A stretch of 64,000 nucleotides of DNA from Planctomycetota bacterium. Its GTDB lineage: Bacteria > Planctomycetota > UBA8742 > UBA2392. Numbering within the stretch: the first letter of the stretch is position 1; the number at the start of each line of letters is the position of its first letter. The notes below the pieces were generated by a model. The model had not been told where the DNA came from, made no database searches, and worked only from the letters and a program-made list of their open reading frames with translations. The position numbers and the translations under genes were made by a program. The stretch spans positions 17,397-81,396 of the forward strand of contig JAMQHL010000006.1 of assembly GCA_025993795.1 (NCBI GenBank), given 5' to 3'. Shown here piece by piece: positions 7,704 through 19,709 of the stretch.

Positions 7704-10472
7704 ATGCCTGCCGAGATGCCGCCCCGGTTTACGCCGGGGACGATCGAATCCAAGTGGTACCAGTTCTGGCAAGAGCACGCGCTGTTCAAGGCCGTGCGCG
7801 ACATTCGCAAGAAGCCCTTCACCATCATGATTCCGCCGCCCAACGTGACGGGCGCGCTGCACATGGGTCACGCGCTAAACAACACACTGCAGGACGTGGT
7901 GGCACGCTTCAAACGCATGCAGGGCTTCTGCGTGCTGTGGCTGCCGGGCACCGACCACGCCGGTATCGCCACCCAAGCCGTAGTCGAGAAGAAGCTGCTT
8001 AAAGACGAGGGCAAGACCCGCCAGGAGATGGGCCGCGAAGCCTTCGTGGCCGAGATCTGGAAGTGGAAAGATGAATACGGCAACCGCATTCTCAACCAGT
8101 TGCGCCAGCTTGGCGCAAGTTGCGACTGGTCGCGCACGCGCTTTACGCTTGATGAGGGCCTGACACGTGCCGTGCGCGAGGCCTTCGTGAAGCTGTTCGA
8201 GAAGGGCCTGATCTACCGCGGATACCGCATGATCAACTGGGACTGCAAGTTGCAGACCGCGATCAGCGACGACGAAATCGAAACCAGTGAAGTGCGCAGC
8301 AACCTGTGGTACCTGCGCTATCCCTACAAGGACATTCCCGAAAAGTACGTGGTGGTGGCAACCACGCGGCCCGAAACCATGTTCGGCGACACCGCAGTGG
8401 CTGTGAACCCGAATGATGAGCGGTTCAAGAGTGACATCGGCAAGAAGGTGGTGCTGCCGCTGACGGGGCGCGAAATCCCGATCGTCGCCGACGACAGCGT
8501 GAACCCGGAGTTCGGCACCGGTGCCGTGAAGGTGACGCCGGGCCACGACTTCGCCGACTATGAGCGCGGCCAGCGGCATAACCTGCCGATGATCAACGTG
8601 CTGAATAAGGACGGCACGCTCAACGAGCAGGCGGGCAAGTACGCGGGCGAAGACCGCCTCAAGGCCCGCAAGGCACTGGTGGAAGAGCTCGACGCGCTGA
8701 AGCTGCTCGAGCGCGTGGAAGAATACACCCACCAGGTGCCCCACAGCGACCGCAGCAAGACGCCGATCGAGCCGCTGCTTTCAGACCAGTGGTTCGTGTC
8801 CATGGCGCCGCTGGCCAAGCCTGCGATTGAGGCCGTGAAACCCGCCCCCGACGGCAAGCGCGAAGTCACGCTGATCCCTGAACGCTGGGAAAAGGTGTAC
8901 TTGAGCTGGCTTGAAAACGTGCGCGACTGGTGCATCAGCCGCCAGTTGTGGTGGGGACATCGCATCCCGGTGTGGTACGACGCCGACGGCAACACCGTGG
9001 CGCTGCGCGAAGACCCCGCACCAGGCGCGACGCACCCCAAGACCGGCAAGCCGCTTGTGCGCCAGGACGATGATGTGCTGGACACCTGGGCCAGCAGCTG
9101 GTTGTGGCCATTCAGCACGCTGGGCTGGCCCGAAAAGACCGCTGACCTGGATTACTTTTACCCGACGCATTTCCTCAGCACGGCGCGCGACATCATCTAC
9201 CTGTGGGTGGCGCGCATGGTGATGGCTGGCTACGAGTTCCTGGGCGAAAAACCGTTCACCACGGTGTATCTGCACGCGACGGTGCTGGACGCGCAGGGCC
9301 GGCGCATGAGCAAGTCACTGAACAACGGCATCGACCCGCTGGACATGTTCGCGCAGTGGGGTGTTGATGCGGTGCGCCTGACGCTGCCGCTGCTGACCAG
9401 CGAAGGCCAGGACATCAAGCTGTCGGAAAGCAAGTTCGAGATGGGCCGCAACTTCTGCAACAAGTTGTGGAATGCCTCGCGTTTCGTGATCAGCAACCTC
9501 GCTGATTTCGAAGACCAGCTCAAGGCACTGTCCGACAACGAACGCGCAGCACTGGCCGAGGGCCAGGTGAACGAGCTTGAGGACAGCTTCATTGAGGGCA
9601 AGCTGACCAGCACGATTGTGGACGTGACGGACTCGATCGAACGCTACAAGTTCAACGACGCCGCCCAGACCATGTACCACTTCGTATGGGACGAGTTCTG
9701 CGACTGGTACCTCGAAGCCGTGAAGGCGCGCCTGTACGAAAGCAAAGGCGGCGAGCGTTCGCGCCTGCGCGCCCAGTCAACGTTGGTGCGTGTGCTTGAC
9801 GGCACCCTGAAGCTGCTGCACCCGTATGTGCCATTCATTACCGAGGAGATCTGGCAGACGCTGCGGCCGATGCTGGCGGCGCTGCGACGCGACACGCCCG
9901 AGCTGAGCCTTGCCATTGCGTCCTGGCCCAAAGCCAGCAAAGACCGCGTGTTTGAGCAGGCACAGGCGCGCTTTGCTTTCATCCAGCAGGTGACGCGGGC
10001 CTTTCGCAACATCCGCGCCGAGCACGCCATTGAGCCCAAGACCGCGATCGACGGCACACTGCGGCTCGCCGATAAAGCCGCGCTCGACATGCTGGGCCAG
10101 GCCGAGCGGGAAACGGTGTGCAAACTTGCCGGATTGGCAACACTGACCGCAGAGGTGGGGGCGCACAAACCCAAGGCGGCGGCAACGGCAGTGCTGGGCG
10201 GCGGCAATGAGGCGTATGTGAATCTGGAGGGCCTGATTGACTTCAAGATGGAGCTGCTGCGCCTTGAGGCCAACCAGGCCAAGCTGGCCGAGGGCGTGAC
10301 CAAGCTGAAGCGCAAGCTCGAGAACCTGAGCTATATCGAGCGCGCACCGAAAGATGTGGTCCAGCGCGACCGCGACAGACTGAGCGAGCTGGTGGCTGAG
10401 CTTGAACGCGTGGACAAGCACATCGAAGAAGTGAAACCCCGCGCCAAAGCCCAGGCCAAGCCGTCAGCATAG
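7704..10472 (+). CDS. valS: Valine--tRNA ligase
   Basis: PPPNVTGALHMGH (HIGH), GTDHAGIATQ, DWCISRQLWWGH, RMSKS (KMSKS) and a C-terminal coiled-coil arm; GGAG RBS before ATG 7704. Confidence 0.98.
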   Translation: MPAEMPPRFTPGTIESKWYQFWQEHALFKAVRDIRKKPFTIMIPPPNVTGALHMGHALNNTLQDVVARFKRMQGFCVLWLPGTDHAGIATQAVVEKKLLKDEGKTRQEMGREAFVAEIWKWKDEYGNRILNQLRQLGASCDWSRTRFTLDEGLTRAVREAFVKLFEKGLIYRGYRMINWDCKLQTAISDDEIETSEVRSNLWYLRYPYKDIPEKYVVVATTRPETMFGDTAVAVNPNDERFKSDIGKKVVLPLTGREIPIVADDSVNPEFGTGAVKVTPGHDFADYERGQRHNLPMINVLNKDGTLNEQAGKYAGEDRLKARKALVEELDALKLLERVEEYTHQVPHSDRSKTPIEPLLSDQWFVSMAPLAKPAIEAVKPAPDGKREVTLIPERWEKVYLSWLENVRDWCISRQLWWGHRIPVWYDADGNTVALREDPAPGATHPKTGKPLVRQDDDVLDTWASSWLWPFSTLGWPEKTADLDYFYPTHFLSTARDIIYLWVARMVMAGYEFLGEKPFTTVYLHATVLDAQGRRMSKSLNNGIDPLDMFAQWGVDAVRLTLPLLTSEGQDIKLSESKFEMGRNFCNKLWNASRFVISNLADFEDQLKALSDNERAALAEGQVNELEDSFIEGKLTSTIVDVTDSIERYKFNDAAQTMYHFVWDEFCDWYLEAVKARLYESKGGERSRLRAQSTLVRVLDGTLKLLHPYVPFITEEIWQTLRPMLAALRRDTPELSLAIASWPKASKDRVFEQAQARFAFIQQVTRAFRNIRAEHAIEPKTAIDGTLRLADKAALDMLGQAERETVCKLAGLATLTAEVGAHKPKAAATAVLGGGNEAYVNLEGLIDFKMELLRLEANQAKLAEGVTKLKRKLENLSYIERAPKDVVQRDRDRLSELVAELERVDKHIEEVKPRAKAQAKPSA

Positions 10473-10618
10473 TCGTTTGGCTTTCACCACCCGGCCCCGC
10501 GAGCAATCGCGGAGCAAACCATTTGCGGCCAATAAAATCAAAAGAAACGCACACGCTTAAGCCGATGAAATGCATGTCCCGCATCGACGGGGAAATGCGT
10601 CCACCACCGGAGTCTGCC

Positions 10619-11332
10619 ATGGCCAACGTACTCATCACCGACCTGTTTGAGGAATCTGCGTACCTGGTGCGCAGCCTGCTGCGCGGGTCCGGCCATGCAG
10701 TCAGCATTGCGATCACCCGCGCCGACGCGGAGGCCAAGCTGGCCACCGGGTTGTTCGACATGCTGGTGATGGACTACGGCAGTGTGGTCGAAGACAATCT
10801 TGCCGTGGGCCGCTTCGCCAACGACGTGCTGCCCGGCTTGCCTGTGGTAGCGCTGGTCAGCCCCGAAAAAGAGTCACGCATCAAGGGTGTGCAGCTTGCG
10901 GGCAAGTTTCAGCGCCCCATCCGCGGTCGCCTGGTCAAAGAGGTGGTGCACAACGCATTGGCCAGCCTGTTTCGTCAGAGCACCCGCCGCGCCGTTCAGC
11001 GCGTGCACGTGGACCTGCCGATTGAAATCAACGTCGCCGGCGTCAACTTCAAGACGCGCACGATTGATCTTTCCGCGCGCGGTGTCGCCATCGACGCCAC
11101 CGACGTGAAGTTCAAGCCCGATGAACTTGAGGCAATCGAGAACGTCGTCGGCAGCGGAACGGCCCGCGCATCGCTTACCCTTGACGAAGGCAAGATCGTT
11201 CAGCTTTCGGCAAAGCTGGCATTCGTGGAACGCCACCGCTCGCTGTCAGGCCGCACCATCGGCCTGCGCTTTGAAGACCTGGATGAGGAAAGCGAAGTCG
11301 CCCTCAGCGGATTGTACGCCAGAGCCGCCTAG
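10619..11332 (+). CDS. Receiver-like domain plus PilZ domain protein
   Basis: N-terminal REC-like fold (VLITD..., MLVMD); PilZ motifs RxxxR (RAVQR) and DxSxxG (DLSARG); GGAG RBS. Confidence 0.8.
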   Translation: MANVLITDLFEESAYLVRSLLRGSGHAVSIAITRADAEAKLATGLFDMLVMDYGSVVEDNLAVGRFANDVLPGLPVVALVSPEKESRIKGVQLAGKFQRPIRGRLVKEVVHNALASLFRQSTRRAVQRVHVDLPIEINVAGVNFKTRTIDLSARGVAIDATDVKFKPDELEAIENVVGSGTARASLTLDEGKIVQLSAKLAFVERHRSLSGRTIGLRFEDLDEESEVALSGLYARAA

Positions 11333-12066
11333 CGCACGATCACGGTGGGTTCTTCGACGTAGCCCAAGCCGCCGGCGCGGTCCATGACGAACTGCGGGCT
11401 GCCGCTGCCGGTGCGCACCAGGTGATATTCAATCCGGTAGACCAGCCCCAGTGAATCTGCGGCGTCTTCCAGCCACCCCCGCGTTTCATGGGCGTCCTGG
11501 TAGAGCTCGTTGAACTTGCGCGGCGCCTGCGTCACGACGCTTCCGTCCTGGTTGCGCGGCAGGTGCGCAAAGCCGTTGGACGTGAAGTCGGCGCCATAGA
11601 CGTTGGCCACGTAGGCGAACACCCTGCGCCTGACAGTCACTCCGATCACGTCAGTCGGTAACTCGCTCAGGCCTTTGACGGAGTGGTGGTCACCCTGCCC
11701 AAAGAGCAGGCGGTAGTGGTTCTGGCCCTGCGCGTCAACGAACTCATGTCTTAGCTTGAAGGCCTCAACCAGTCCAAAGCTGCGGGTCGAGATTGAGCCG
11801 TTCTTGTGCTCCAGAATGACTTCCTGCGTCAGTTCCTGGACCAGCGAGTTGCGCGCGAGGTCAAGCGGCGAAATCACCTCAAACCCCAATTCGGCGCTGA
11901 ACCCGTCTGAAGATACACGGGCCGAGCGTTCCTGTTTCACAATGATCGAGTACGGCGGCGATTGGCGCTGCTGACGCTCGACCTTGGCCGGAGTGGACGA
12001 ACAACCAGCCGCCAGCAATGCCAGCAACAGCGCGCCAAGAGTGAGGGGGCGAAATGTTGATATCAT
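11329..12066 (-). CDS. Hypothetical lipoprotein
   Basis: Signal peptide with lipobox LAAGC; no recognised domain. Confidence 0.7.
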   Translation of the reverse strand: MISTFRPLTLGALLLALLAAGCSSTPAKVERQQRQSPPYSIIVKQERSARVSSDGFSAELGFEVISPLDLARNSLVQELTQEVILEHKNGSISTRSFGLVEAFKLRHEFVDAQGQNHYRLLFGQGDHHSVKGLSELPTDVIGVTVRRRVFAYVANVYGADFTSNGFAHLPRNQDGSVVTQAPRKFNELYQDAHETRGWLEDAADSLGLVYRIEYHLVRTGSGSPQFVMDRAGGLGYVEEPTVIVR

Positions 12067-12299
12067 GGCGGTCTCCAGCCTTCCGCTCGCCCGCCCCTAT
12101 ATTGTTTACGCAAGTCGTTGCCTGCGCAAGCACTGGATAGACGACAACTTCAAGGGGTTGTTGGCGTCATCGTTTCATCATCGGATTTTCAGGGTTTTTA
12201 CTTGAGCTCAATGGCTCAGTGCCTACTCTCTCCCCCTTCATATCGGACAACTGACGCTATTCGCACGATCCCTTGGACCTATTGTGAGGAACGACGCCC

Positions 12300-13904
12300 A
12301 TGCTTTTGACACACAAATTGGCACAGCGAGCCACGCTTGCTGTCGCCGCGGCCCTTTCCGTACTGGCAGCCGCATGTCAGCCTGACGCCAAAGAAGACAG
12401 CAAGCCTGAGCCGGTCAGCTTTGGCTCAAGCACCCTGCCGGCCCAGAACGCCGCACCGGGCGAGATTCTGGCCATTGAAGTCAATGGTTCCGGCTCTGAA
12501 ATCAACGCAGGTTTCCTGGTTGAGTTCGACAACGGCACCGACAAGGCCGCCATTCCGCCCTTCCATGTTGAAGCCGGCAAGGCCTACGTGCTTGTGCCGC
12601 CATTTGCCCAGACCGACACGATTGTCAATCTCGCGCTGGTTGACATGAACGGCGACACCCTTGATCGCCACCCGCAGCCGCTGACCATTCACGCCTTCGA
12701 GACCACACTGTCATACACTCGCGGCACATTCGACGCGGTCATGGGCAACGGCCTCAGCCGTCTCGTGGCGCTTGCGGTCGAGACCGTGGACACGCTCTTG
12801 CAGGAAGGCTTGATTACAGCGTCGGACGCCAACGTCGCCAGCGGTGCATTGGGCCAGCAGGCCGATCTGTTGCAGACGATCGGTACGTTCAACAACAACC
12901 TCAGCGACGCAGAACTTGCGGTCCTGCAGCAGTTGCTCGACAACAGCGAAATCCTTGACCTGCTGGCGCACGCCGGCGGCGTTTCGTTGACGCAGACCTA
13001 CAGCAGCGGCAGCCCGCTGTACAACGGCACCGCGGCGATGATTGAGTCGGCGCTGCTCAAGGCCGACTTCGCGAGCCTGCTGATGGGCGAAATCCGCGGC
13101 GTGATGGCGCTGCTGGCGTGGGCCGGCAATGCCCTGTCCGGCGTGCCGATCATCGGCCCGTACGCGCAGCAGATTGCGACCTGGGCAGCAGGCGTCAGCG
13201 CCACGCTGCAGACACCGCACGACCTGATCAACACTCTGATCCCGTCTGACCTTGTGCGCGTCACCGCAGGCTCGACCCAGATGACCCTGTGGCCCGGCAG
13301 CAGCGGCAGCGTGCTGGCCAAGGGTCGCTTTGAGACAGAGCAGCCGTTCAACATGGCGCTGTTCCAGCAGACAGTCGGCTCGGCGGCAACGGCCGCCGCA
13401 AGCTGGATCACCCAGCGCATGCAGCAGTACCCGACGATGGCGCAGTATGCGGTGTATGTGCAGCAACTGGCGTCCATGGTGCCGCAGTGGCTCACGAACT
13501 GGATGACCCAGCAGGGCTTCTTCCAGCAGAGTGTGGTGCCGGGCAGCAACTACACCGTGCTGGTGATCGACAACTTCAACCTGTACATGGGCCAGTACCG
13601 CTTCAGCATTGGCGGCATCGTTGCCAACCTGCTCAACGTGCCCTACAACGTAATGAGCGCAATTCTCAGCATCATCGGCCTGGGCATGGGAGCGCCGCTG
13701 GGCGGCTGGGAAGGCGTGCGCGTCAGCAACAGCGCAGTCGCGACCTACAACCCCAACGCCGACACCGTCTGGGCCAACGCCCGTGGCGGAGCAACCATTA
13801 CCTGCGTCGCGCCGCATTGCCGCCCCGCAGGCGGCTGGTGGGCACAGTGGGGTTTCTACACGATCAAGACCAACACAGCGTCAATTCCGCTGACGGTCAG
13901 CTAG
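12300..13904 (+). CDS. Hypothetical lipoprotein (Ig-like N-terminal domain, hydrophobic helical core)
   Basis: Lipobox LAAAC; coherent high-GC codon usage; followed by a terminator. Confidence 0.75.
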   Translation: MLLTHKLAQRATLAVAAALSVLAAACQPDAKEDSKPEPVSFGSSTLPAQNAAPGEILAIEVNGSGSEINAGFLVEFDNGTDKAAIPPFHVEAGKAYVLVPPFAQTDTIVNLALVDMNGDTLDRHPQPLTIHAFETTLSYTRGTFDAVMGNGLSRLVALAVETVDTLLQEGLITASDANVASGALGQQADLLQTIGTFNNNLSDAELAVLQQLLDNSEILDLLAHAGGVSLTQTYSSGSPLYNGTAAMIESALLKADFASLLMGEIRGVMALLAWAGNALSGVPIIGPYAQQIATWAAGVSATLQTPHDLINTLIPSDLVRVTAGSTQMTLWPGSSGSVLAKGRFETEQPFNMALFQQTVGSAATAAASWITQRMQQYPTMAQYAVYVQQLASMVPQWLTNWMTQQGFFQQSVVPGSNYTVLVIDNFNLYMGQYRFSIGGIVANLLNVPYNVMSAILSIIGLGMGAPLGGWEGVRVSNSAVATYNPNADTVWANARGGATITCVAPHCRPAGGWWAQWGFYTIKTNTASIPLTVS

Positions 13905-13924
13905 TTACAACGCAGTGTGACTCG

Positions 13925-13950
13925 AGGGGGCTCCAGCCGGAGCCCCCTTT
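13925..13950 (+). terminator. Intrinsic terminator
   Basis: AGGGGGCTCC-AGCC-GGAGCCCCCT followed by TT. Confidence 0.65.
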
Positions 13951-14094
13951 GCCTTGGCGCCTGCATTGCCCGATGTTCAGCGCGTGGCGCGCCGACGCAG
14001 AGCTGTTCAATCCCGGATTTGCTGCAATTCCTGAAGCTGCGTGTGCAATAATTCTCACGCTCGTCGCTCGCGAGTCGCCTTACGGGGGATGACC

Positions 14095-15072
14095 ATGCCC
14101 AAGCTGGCTGGATTGGCGGCTTTGCTGATTGTGCTGTTTGCGGTTTCTGCCTGCGACACGTCTACCCAACACGATAATCTGGGCCCGGCCGGCAAAGGCT
14201 CGTACTCGACACGGCGGGTGGACTTTGACGACCTGCGCGACGGCTCGCGCTCGCGCGACGTTCCGACCAGCGTGTACGCGCCAAAATCCGGCGGGCCGTT
14301 TCCGCTGGTGGTGCTTTCCCACGGCTTGGGTGGCGACCGCTCGCACTACACCTACCTTGCGGAGCATCTGGCGTCGCACGGGTACGTGGTCGCGGTGCCT
14401 GAGCACGTGGGCAGCAGCTCGCGCCTGGATGTACTTGAGCTGGCTGCAGCCCTGTACGACCCCGACGAGCTGCGCGACCGCACCCGCGACGTCAGCTTCG
14501 TAATCGACAAGGCCGAAGACTGGAACCTCACGCATCCACGGCTCACGGGCCTCATTGACCTTGACCATGTCGGGGTCACCGGCCACAGCTACGGTGGCGG
14601 CACAGCACAAGCCATCGGCGGCGCGCAACAGGACCTGAGCGGCGGTTTTCGTGACCTGTCGGACCCCCGCGTCGATTGCATCGTGCCGATGGCGGCGGGG
14701 GCCGCTGAAGGCTTTCTGGGCCTGAACCCCTGGTTCTCAGAGCAGAGTTTCGAGACAGTGTCCGTGCCGGTGATGCATCTTGCCGGCGGCGACGATGACT
14801 GGCGCCAGAAGAAGTCGTCGCACGATGCCATGCCCAAGGGCGACAAGTTCTTTGCCGTGCTGGAGCGAGTCGGCCATCTGGACTTCACCAACGCCGACGA
14901 TGAGGACACAAAGAAGGGCCGTGCGAACATCATGATCCGTGCGCTTTGTGTCGCGTTCTTTGACTGCTACCTAAAGGGCGATGCCAGCTCAGGCGACAAG
15001 TACCTCGAAGCCAACTACACCGACAAGCTGACCACCTGGCAGGTGCCCGACGTGCGCTGGTACAAGAAGTAG
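14095..15072 (+). CDS. Alpha/beta hydrolase lipoprotein (PAF-acetylhydrolase/dienelactone hydrolase-like)
   Basis: Lipobox VSAC; PLVVLSHGLGG, LASHGYVV, nucleophile GHSYGG, catalytic His in GHLDF. Confidence 0.85.
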   Translation: MPKLAGLAALLIVLFAVSACDTSTQHDNLGPAGKGSYSTRRVDFDDLRDGSRSRDVPTSVYAPKSGGPFPLVVLSHGLGGDRSHYTYLAEHLASHGYVVAVPEHVGSSSRLDVLELAAALYDPDELRDRTRDVSFVIDKAEDWNLTHPRLTGLIDLDHVGVTGHSYGGGTAQAIGGAQQDLSGGFRDLSDPRVDCIVPMAAGAAEGFLGLNPWFSEQSFETVSVPVMHLAGGDDDWRQKKSSHDAMPKGDKFFAVLERVGHLDFTNADDEDTKKGRANIMIRALCVAFFDCYLKGDASSGDKYLEANYTDKLTTWQVPDVRWYKK

Positions 15073-15113
15073 GGAACTGAGTCGTCCCGCATGAGGACCA
15101 CGTGATTGAACGG

Positions 15114-15137
15114 AGGGGCGCAGAAGGCTGCGCCCCT
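15114..15137. repeat. REP-like palindrome
   Basis: AGGGGCGCAG-AAGG-CTGCGCCCCT, a perfect 10-bp stem in an intergenic region. Confidence 0.5.
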
Positions 15138-15287
15138 TGCAATTGCCTGCGGGGCAGGCCGTTGCTTCCTTTGTGCGATTTTGTGCAATTTCGCCTTGGC
15201 ATTACAATAGTCACGGGGTATGCTCCCCGTCCTTGTGTCGCAGAACGAAGTAGGACTTACCCGGCGATCACGCTGGAAAGGCCGAAT

Positions 15288-17882
15288 ATGAGCGAATCGA
15301 AATCCGCCACCTCTACCGCTGTCCAATCTGAAGCCCCGCTTGTGCCCATTCTGAGCAAGCCTGAATTGCTGGCACCCGCGGGTTCCCTGGAGGCGTTCTA
15401 TGCAGCGATGGACCAGGGCGCCGACGCGGTATACCTGGGCCTGAAGAAGTTTTCTGCCCGCGACAACGCGGTGAACTTCAGCCCCGAAGACCTGGACTTT
15501 GCGGTCGGGCACGCGCGCAAGCTGGGGCGCAAGGTTTACGTCGCGGTCAACACCGTGATCCAGCAGACCGAATGGCCCGAGGTCTGCGAATCGCTGGCAC
15601 TTTGCGAAGAGCTTGGCGTTGACGCCATCATACTGCAGGACATGGGCGTGATGCGCGCGGTGCGCGAACAGTTCCCGCGCCTGAAGTGGCACGCCAGCAC
15701 CCAGATGTTGATCCATAACGCCGAGGGCGCCCGCTGGGCCGAACGCAACGGGTTTGAACGCGTGATCCTGGCCCGCGAACTTACGCTGGACGAAATTGCA
15801 GCCATCCAGCGCGCCAGCGGCATCCAGCTTGAGGTCTTCGTGCACGGCAGCCTGTGCTACAGCTACAGCGGCTTGTGCCTGTTCGCCAGCCAGGAAGAGG
15901 GCCGCAGCGGCAACCGCGGCAAGTGCACGTACATCTGCCGCGACACCTTCAAGACCGACAAGGGCCAGGGCAAGGCATTTTCGATGCGCGACCTGTTTGC
16001 CGCAGCCGACATCGGCCGGCTGGCGCAGCTGGGTGTGTCTTCGCTGAAGATCGAAGGCCGCCGCAAGCCGCCCCTGTATGTGGCGTGCGTGACTGACCTG
16101 TATCGCAAGCTGCTTGATGGCGTCGAGGTTGACATTCATGAGTACGAAGACCGGCTCAAGCTGATTTACGCGCGCGAGACCACGTCGCTGTTCCTGCACC
16201 AGAGTCACGGCGACGCCAAGGCCCAGGCCGACATTCGCGAAAGCGAACCCCAGGGCGTTCCGCTGGGCAAAGTCGAGGCAATCCGCGGCGACCGCATGCA
16301 CTTTCGCGCAGACCGCGCGTTTGAACGCCACGACGGCATTCTGGCGCGCCACGCGACGAACCATGAGGATGGGGGCGTGCGCTTCGGCGCCGATCGTCTC
16401 AACCTCGCCGGCAAGCGCGTGTTCACGATCAACGCCGGCGAAGAAGTCAGCCTGCCCATTGAGCCCGGCGTGAAGGAAGGCGACGAGCTGCGGCTTGTGT
16501 CAAGCAACGCCATCAAGCGCCAGTACCCCACGGGCATCCCGCGCAAGCAGGAGCGCGCCCGCGTGCCCGTGCACCTGGACATCGCACTGAAGGTCAACCC
16601 CGGCGCCGGCAGGCTGGCAGAGTTGGGCATGCCCGGCTTGATCGAGATTGTCGGCCGTGTCTTCAACCTTGAGCTGCGGCGCGAGTACCCGTGCAAGCTG
16701 TTGTTCGCGGACCGCCAGCCGCTGGATGAAGACCGCCTGCACGAGTTCTTTGACCGGCTTGGCAGCACGCGCTTTGAACTGCGCAACTTCAACGCCGTGA
16801 TCCCGGCGGGCGTGTTCATCCCGGCTGCTGAAGTCAATGAAGCGCGCCGGCAGTTTTTTGAGGACCTGGAAGCGGCGGTGTTGGCATCGCGCGTCAAGAA
16901 CCACCTGGATGCAGCAGCGGCCGTGACGGCCGAGCCGCAACAGCCGATCGACGAGAACGCGTTGCCGCCCACGCGGTTCGCGGCGCTGGTGGACCGTGCG
17001 GAGTACATTCCTGCTTTGCCGCTGGAACATCTGCATGAAGTCGTGCTCGACATTGCGCACGGCACAAAGGACAGCGTGCTGGATGCGTGGGAAGAGCATG
17101 GCGACAAGTTGCGCATCCAGGTGCCGATCATCCTGCGCTCATGGAACGCGCCGATGGTGGCGGCCAAGCTGCACAGCTTGTGGGAAAAGGGTGCCAGGCG
17201 CTTCCAGGTTGCCAACCTGGGCGGGTTTGAGTTCATCGCCCGCGCCGCCGGAATTGACAAGAAGCGCCGTGTGAACACCGCGCAGATCATGCGGCGCTCA
17301 CGCAGCATCAGCCCGCGCGCGGGTGTTGCGATCTATGAGCCGCAGGTGCCCGAGTTTGAGCGTCACGGCATTGACGTGTCAACAGATTGGCCGTGCTACA
17401 CAATGAGCCGCGAAACGGCCCGAAGCTGGATTGAGCAGGGCGTGTCGCGCATCACGCTCAGCATTGAAGATGGCATCGACAACATGCGCGAGATCCTGCG
17501 CGAGTTCGCCAGCGTCAGCGACGTCGTGGTGTACCAGGACACGCCGCTGTTTACCGCCGAGACCTGCGTGTATGCCAACATGCTCGGGCATTGCCCCGGC
17601 AAAGCCAAGTGCGACTTTACCAGCATGGAAATGATCGCGCCGGATGGCCGCAAGTATCTTGCCCTCGACAACTGGTGTCAGACCATCATCTTGGGCGAGC
17701 AGGCCTACTGCCTTGGCAGCCGCATCCGCGAGCTTGAGAAAGCGGGCGCCCACCGCTTCCGGCTCGACTTCACAAACCGCGCTTACACGCCCCCGCAGAT
17801 CCGCCAGATCTGTGAGCAGGTGATGAACGCCCAGGCCGTACCCCAGACCCACGAAGGCAACTGGACCCGCGGCTTGCAGTAG
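15288..17882 (+). CDS. U32 family protein, long form (RlhA-like rRNA hydroxylation protein)
   Basis: PELLAPAGS, GADAVYLG, HASTQM, LARELTL, EVFVHGSLCYSYSGLC, RSGNRGKCTYICR and SLKIEGR motifs; DUF3656-like middle region and a second degenerate U32 domain. Confidence 0.88.
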   Translation: MSESKSATSTAVQSEAPLVPILSKPELLAPAGSLEAFYAAMDQGADAVYLGLKKFSARDNAVNFSPEDLDFAVGHARKLGRKVYVAVNTVIQQTEWPEVCESLALCEELGVDAIILQDMGVMRAVREQFPRLKWHASTQMLIHNAEGARWAERNGFERVILARELTLDEIAAIQRASGIQLEVFVHGSLCYSYSGLCLFASQEEGRSGNRGKCTYICRDTFKTDKGQGKAFSMRDLFAAADIGRLAQLGVSSLKIEGRRKPPLYVACVTDLYRKLLDGVEVDIHEYEDRLKLIYARETTSLFLHQSHGDAKAQADIRESEPQGVPLGKVEAIRGDRMHFRADRAFERHDGILARHATNHEDGGVRFGADRLNLAGKRVFTINAGEEVSLPIEPGVKEGDELRLVSSNAIKRQYPTGIPRKQERARVPVHLDIALKVNPGAGRLAELGMPGLIEIVGRVFNLELRREYPCKLLFADRQPLDEDRLHEFFDRLGSTRFELRNFNAVIPAGVFIPAAEVNEARRQFFEDLEAAVLASRVKNHLDAAAAVTAEPQQPIDENALPPTRFAALVDRAEYIPALPLEHLHEVVLDIAHGTKDSVLDAWEEHGDKLRIQVPIILRSWNAPMVAAKLHSLWEKGARRFQVANLGGFEFIARAAGIDKKRRVNTAQIMRRSRSISPRAGVAIYEPQVPEFERHGIDVSTDWPCYTMSRETARSWIEQGVSRITLSIEDGIDNMREILREFASVSDVVVYQDTPLFTAETCVYANMLGHCPGKAKCDFTSMEMIAPDGRKYLALDNWCQTIILGEQAYCLGSRIRELEKAGAHRFRLDFTNRAYTPPQIRQICEQVMNAQAVPQTHEGNWTRGLQ

Positions 17883-17995
17883 GGTCGCGTTGCATCCGCA
17901 TCTGCCATCTTGACAGTCGGTGCAAACCCGCTAAGCCATCGGAATGGCGGGCGTGCTTTCGGCGTTCAACCTGCCCAAATGGCACCGGAACAAAC

Positions 17996-19367
<1,372 letters not shown>

Positions 19368-19375
<8 letters not shown>

Positions 19376-19709
19376 TCTTGCTGATCAGCGTGACGTGGGC
19401 GATCTTGTCGTCGCGAATGCGATAGATGGCAACGGCGCGCCGTGTGTTGCCGTCTTTGCGCCCGAGCACGGTTTCGTCGTCGATCACCCAGTCGCCTGCG
19501 GTGATGCGATGGGTGATCATCGCCATCTGGTTCGGGTTCTCGCGGAAAAGCGGTCCGTAGATCTCGCGCAGTTGTGCCAACCCCTTGCAGCGCACCGTGC
19601 CGTCACCATCCACGACCTCGATGTCGTCTGTGTACGTGGCCGCAAACGCGTCAATGTCACAGGCGTTGTAAGCGTCAAGTTGCTTCTGGACGATCTCTTC
19701 CGGCGTCAT
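19368..19709 (-). CDS. SnoaL/NTF2-like protein
   Basis: VQKQLDAYNACDIDAF...VIDDETV...AIYRIRDDKI pattern. Confidence 0.85.
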
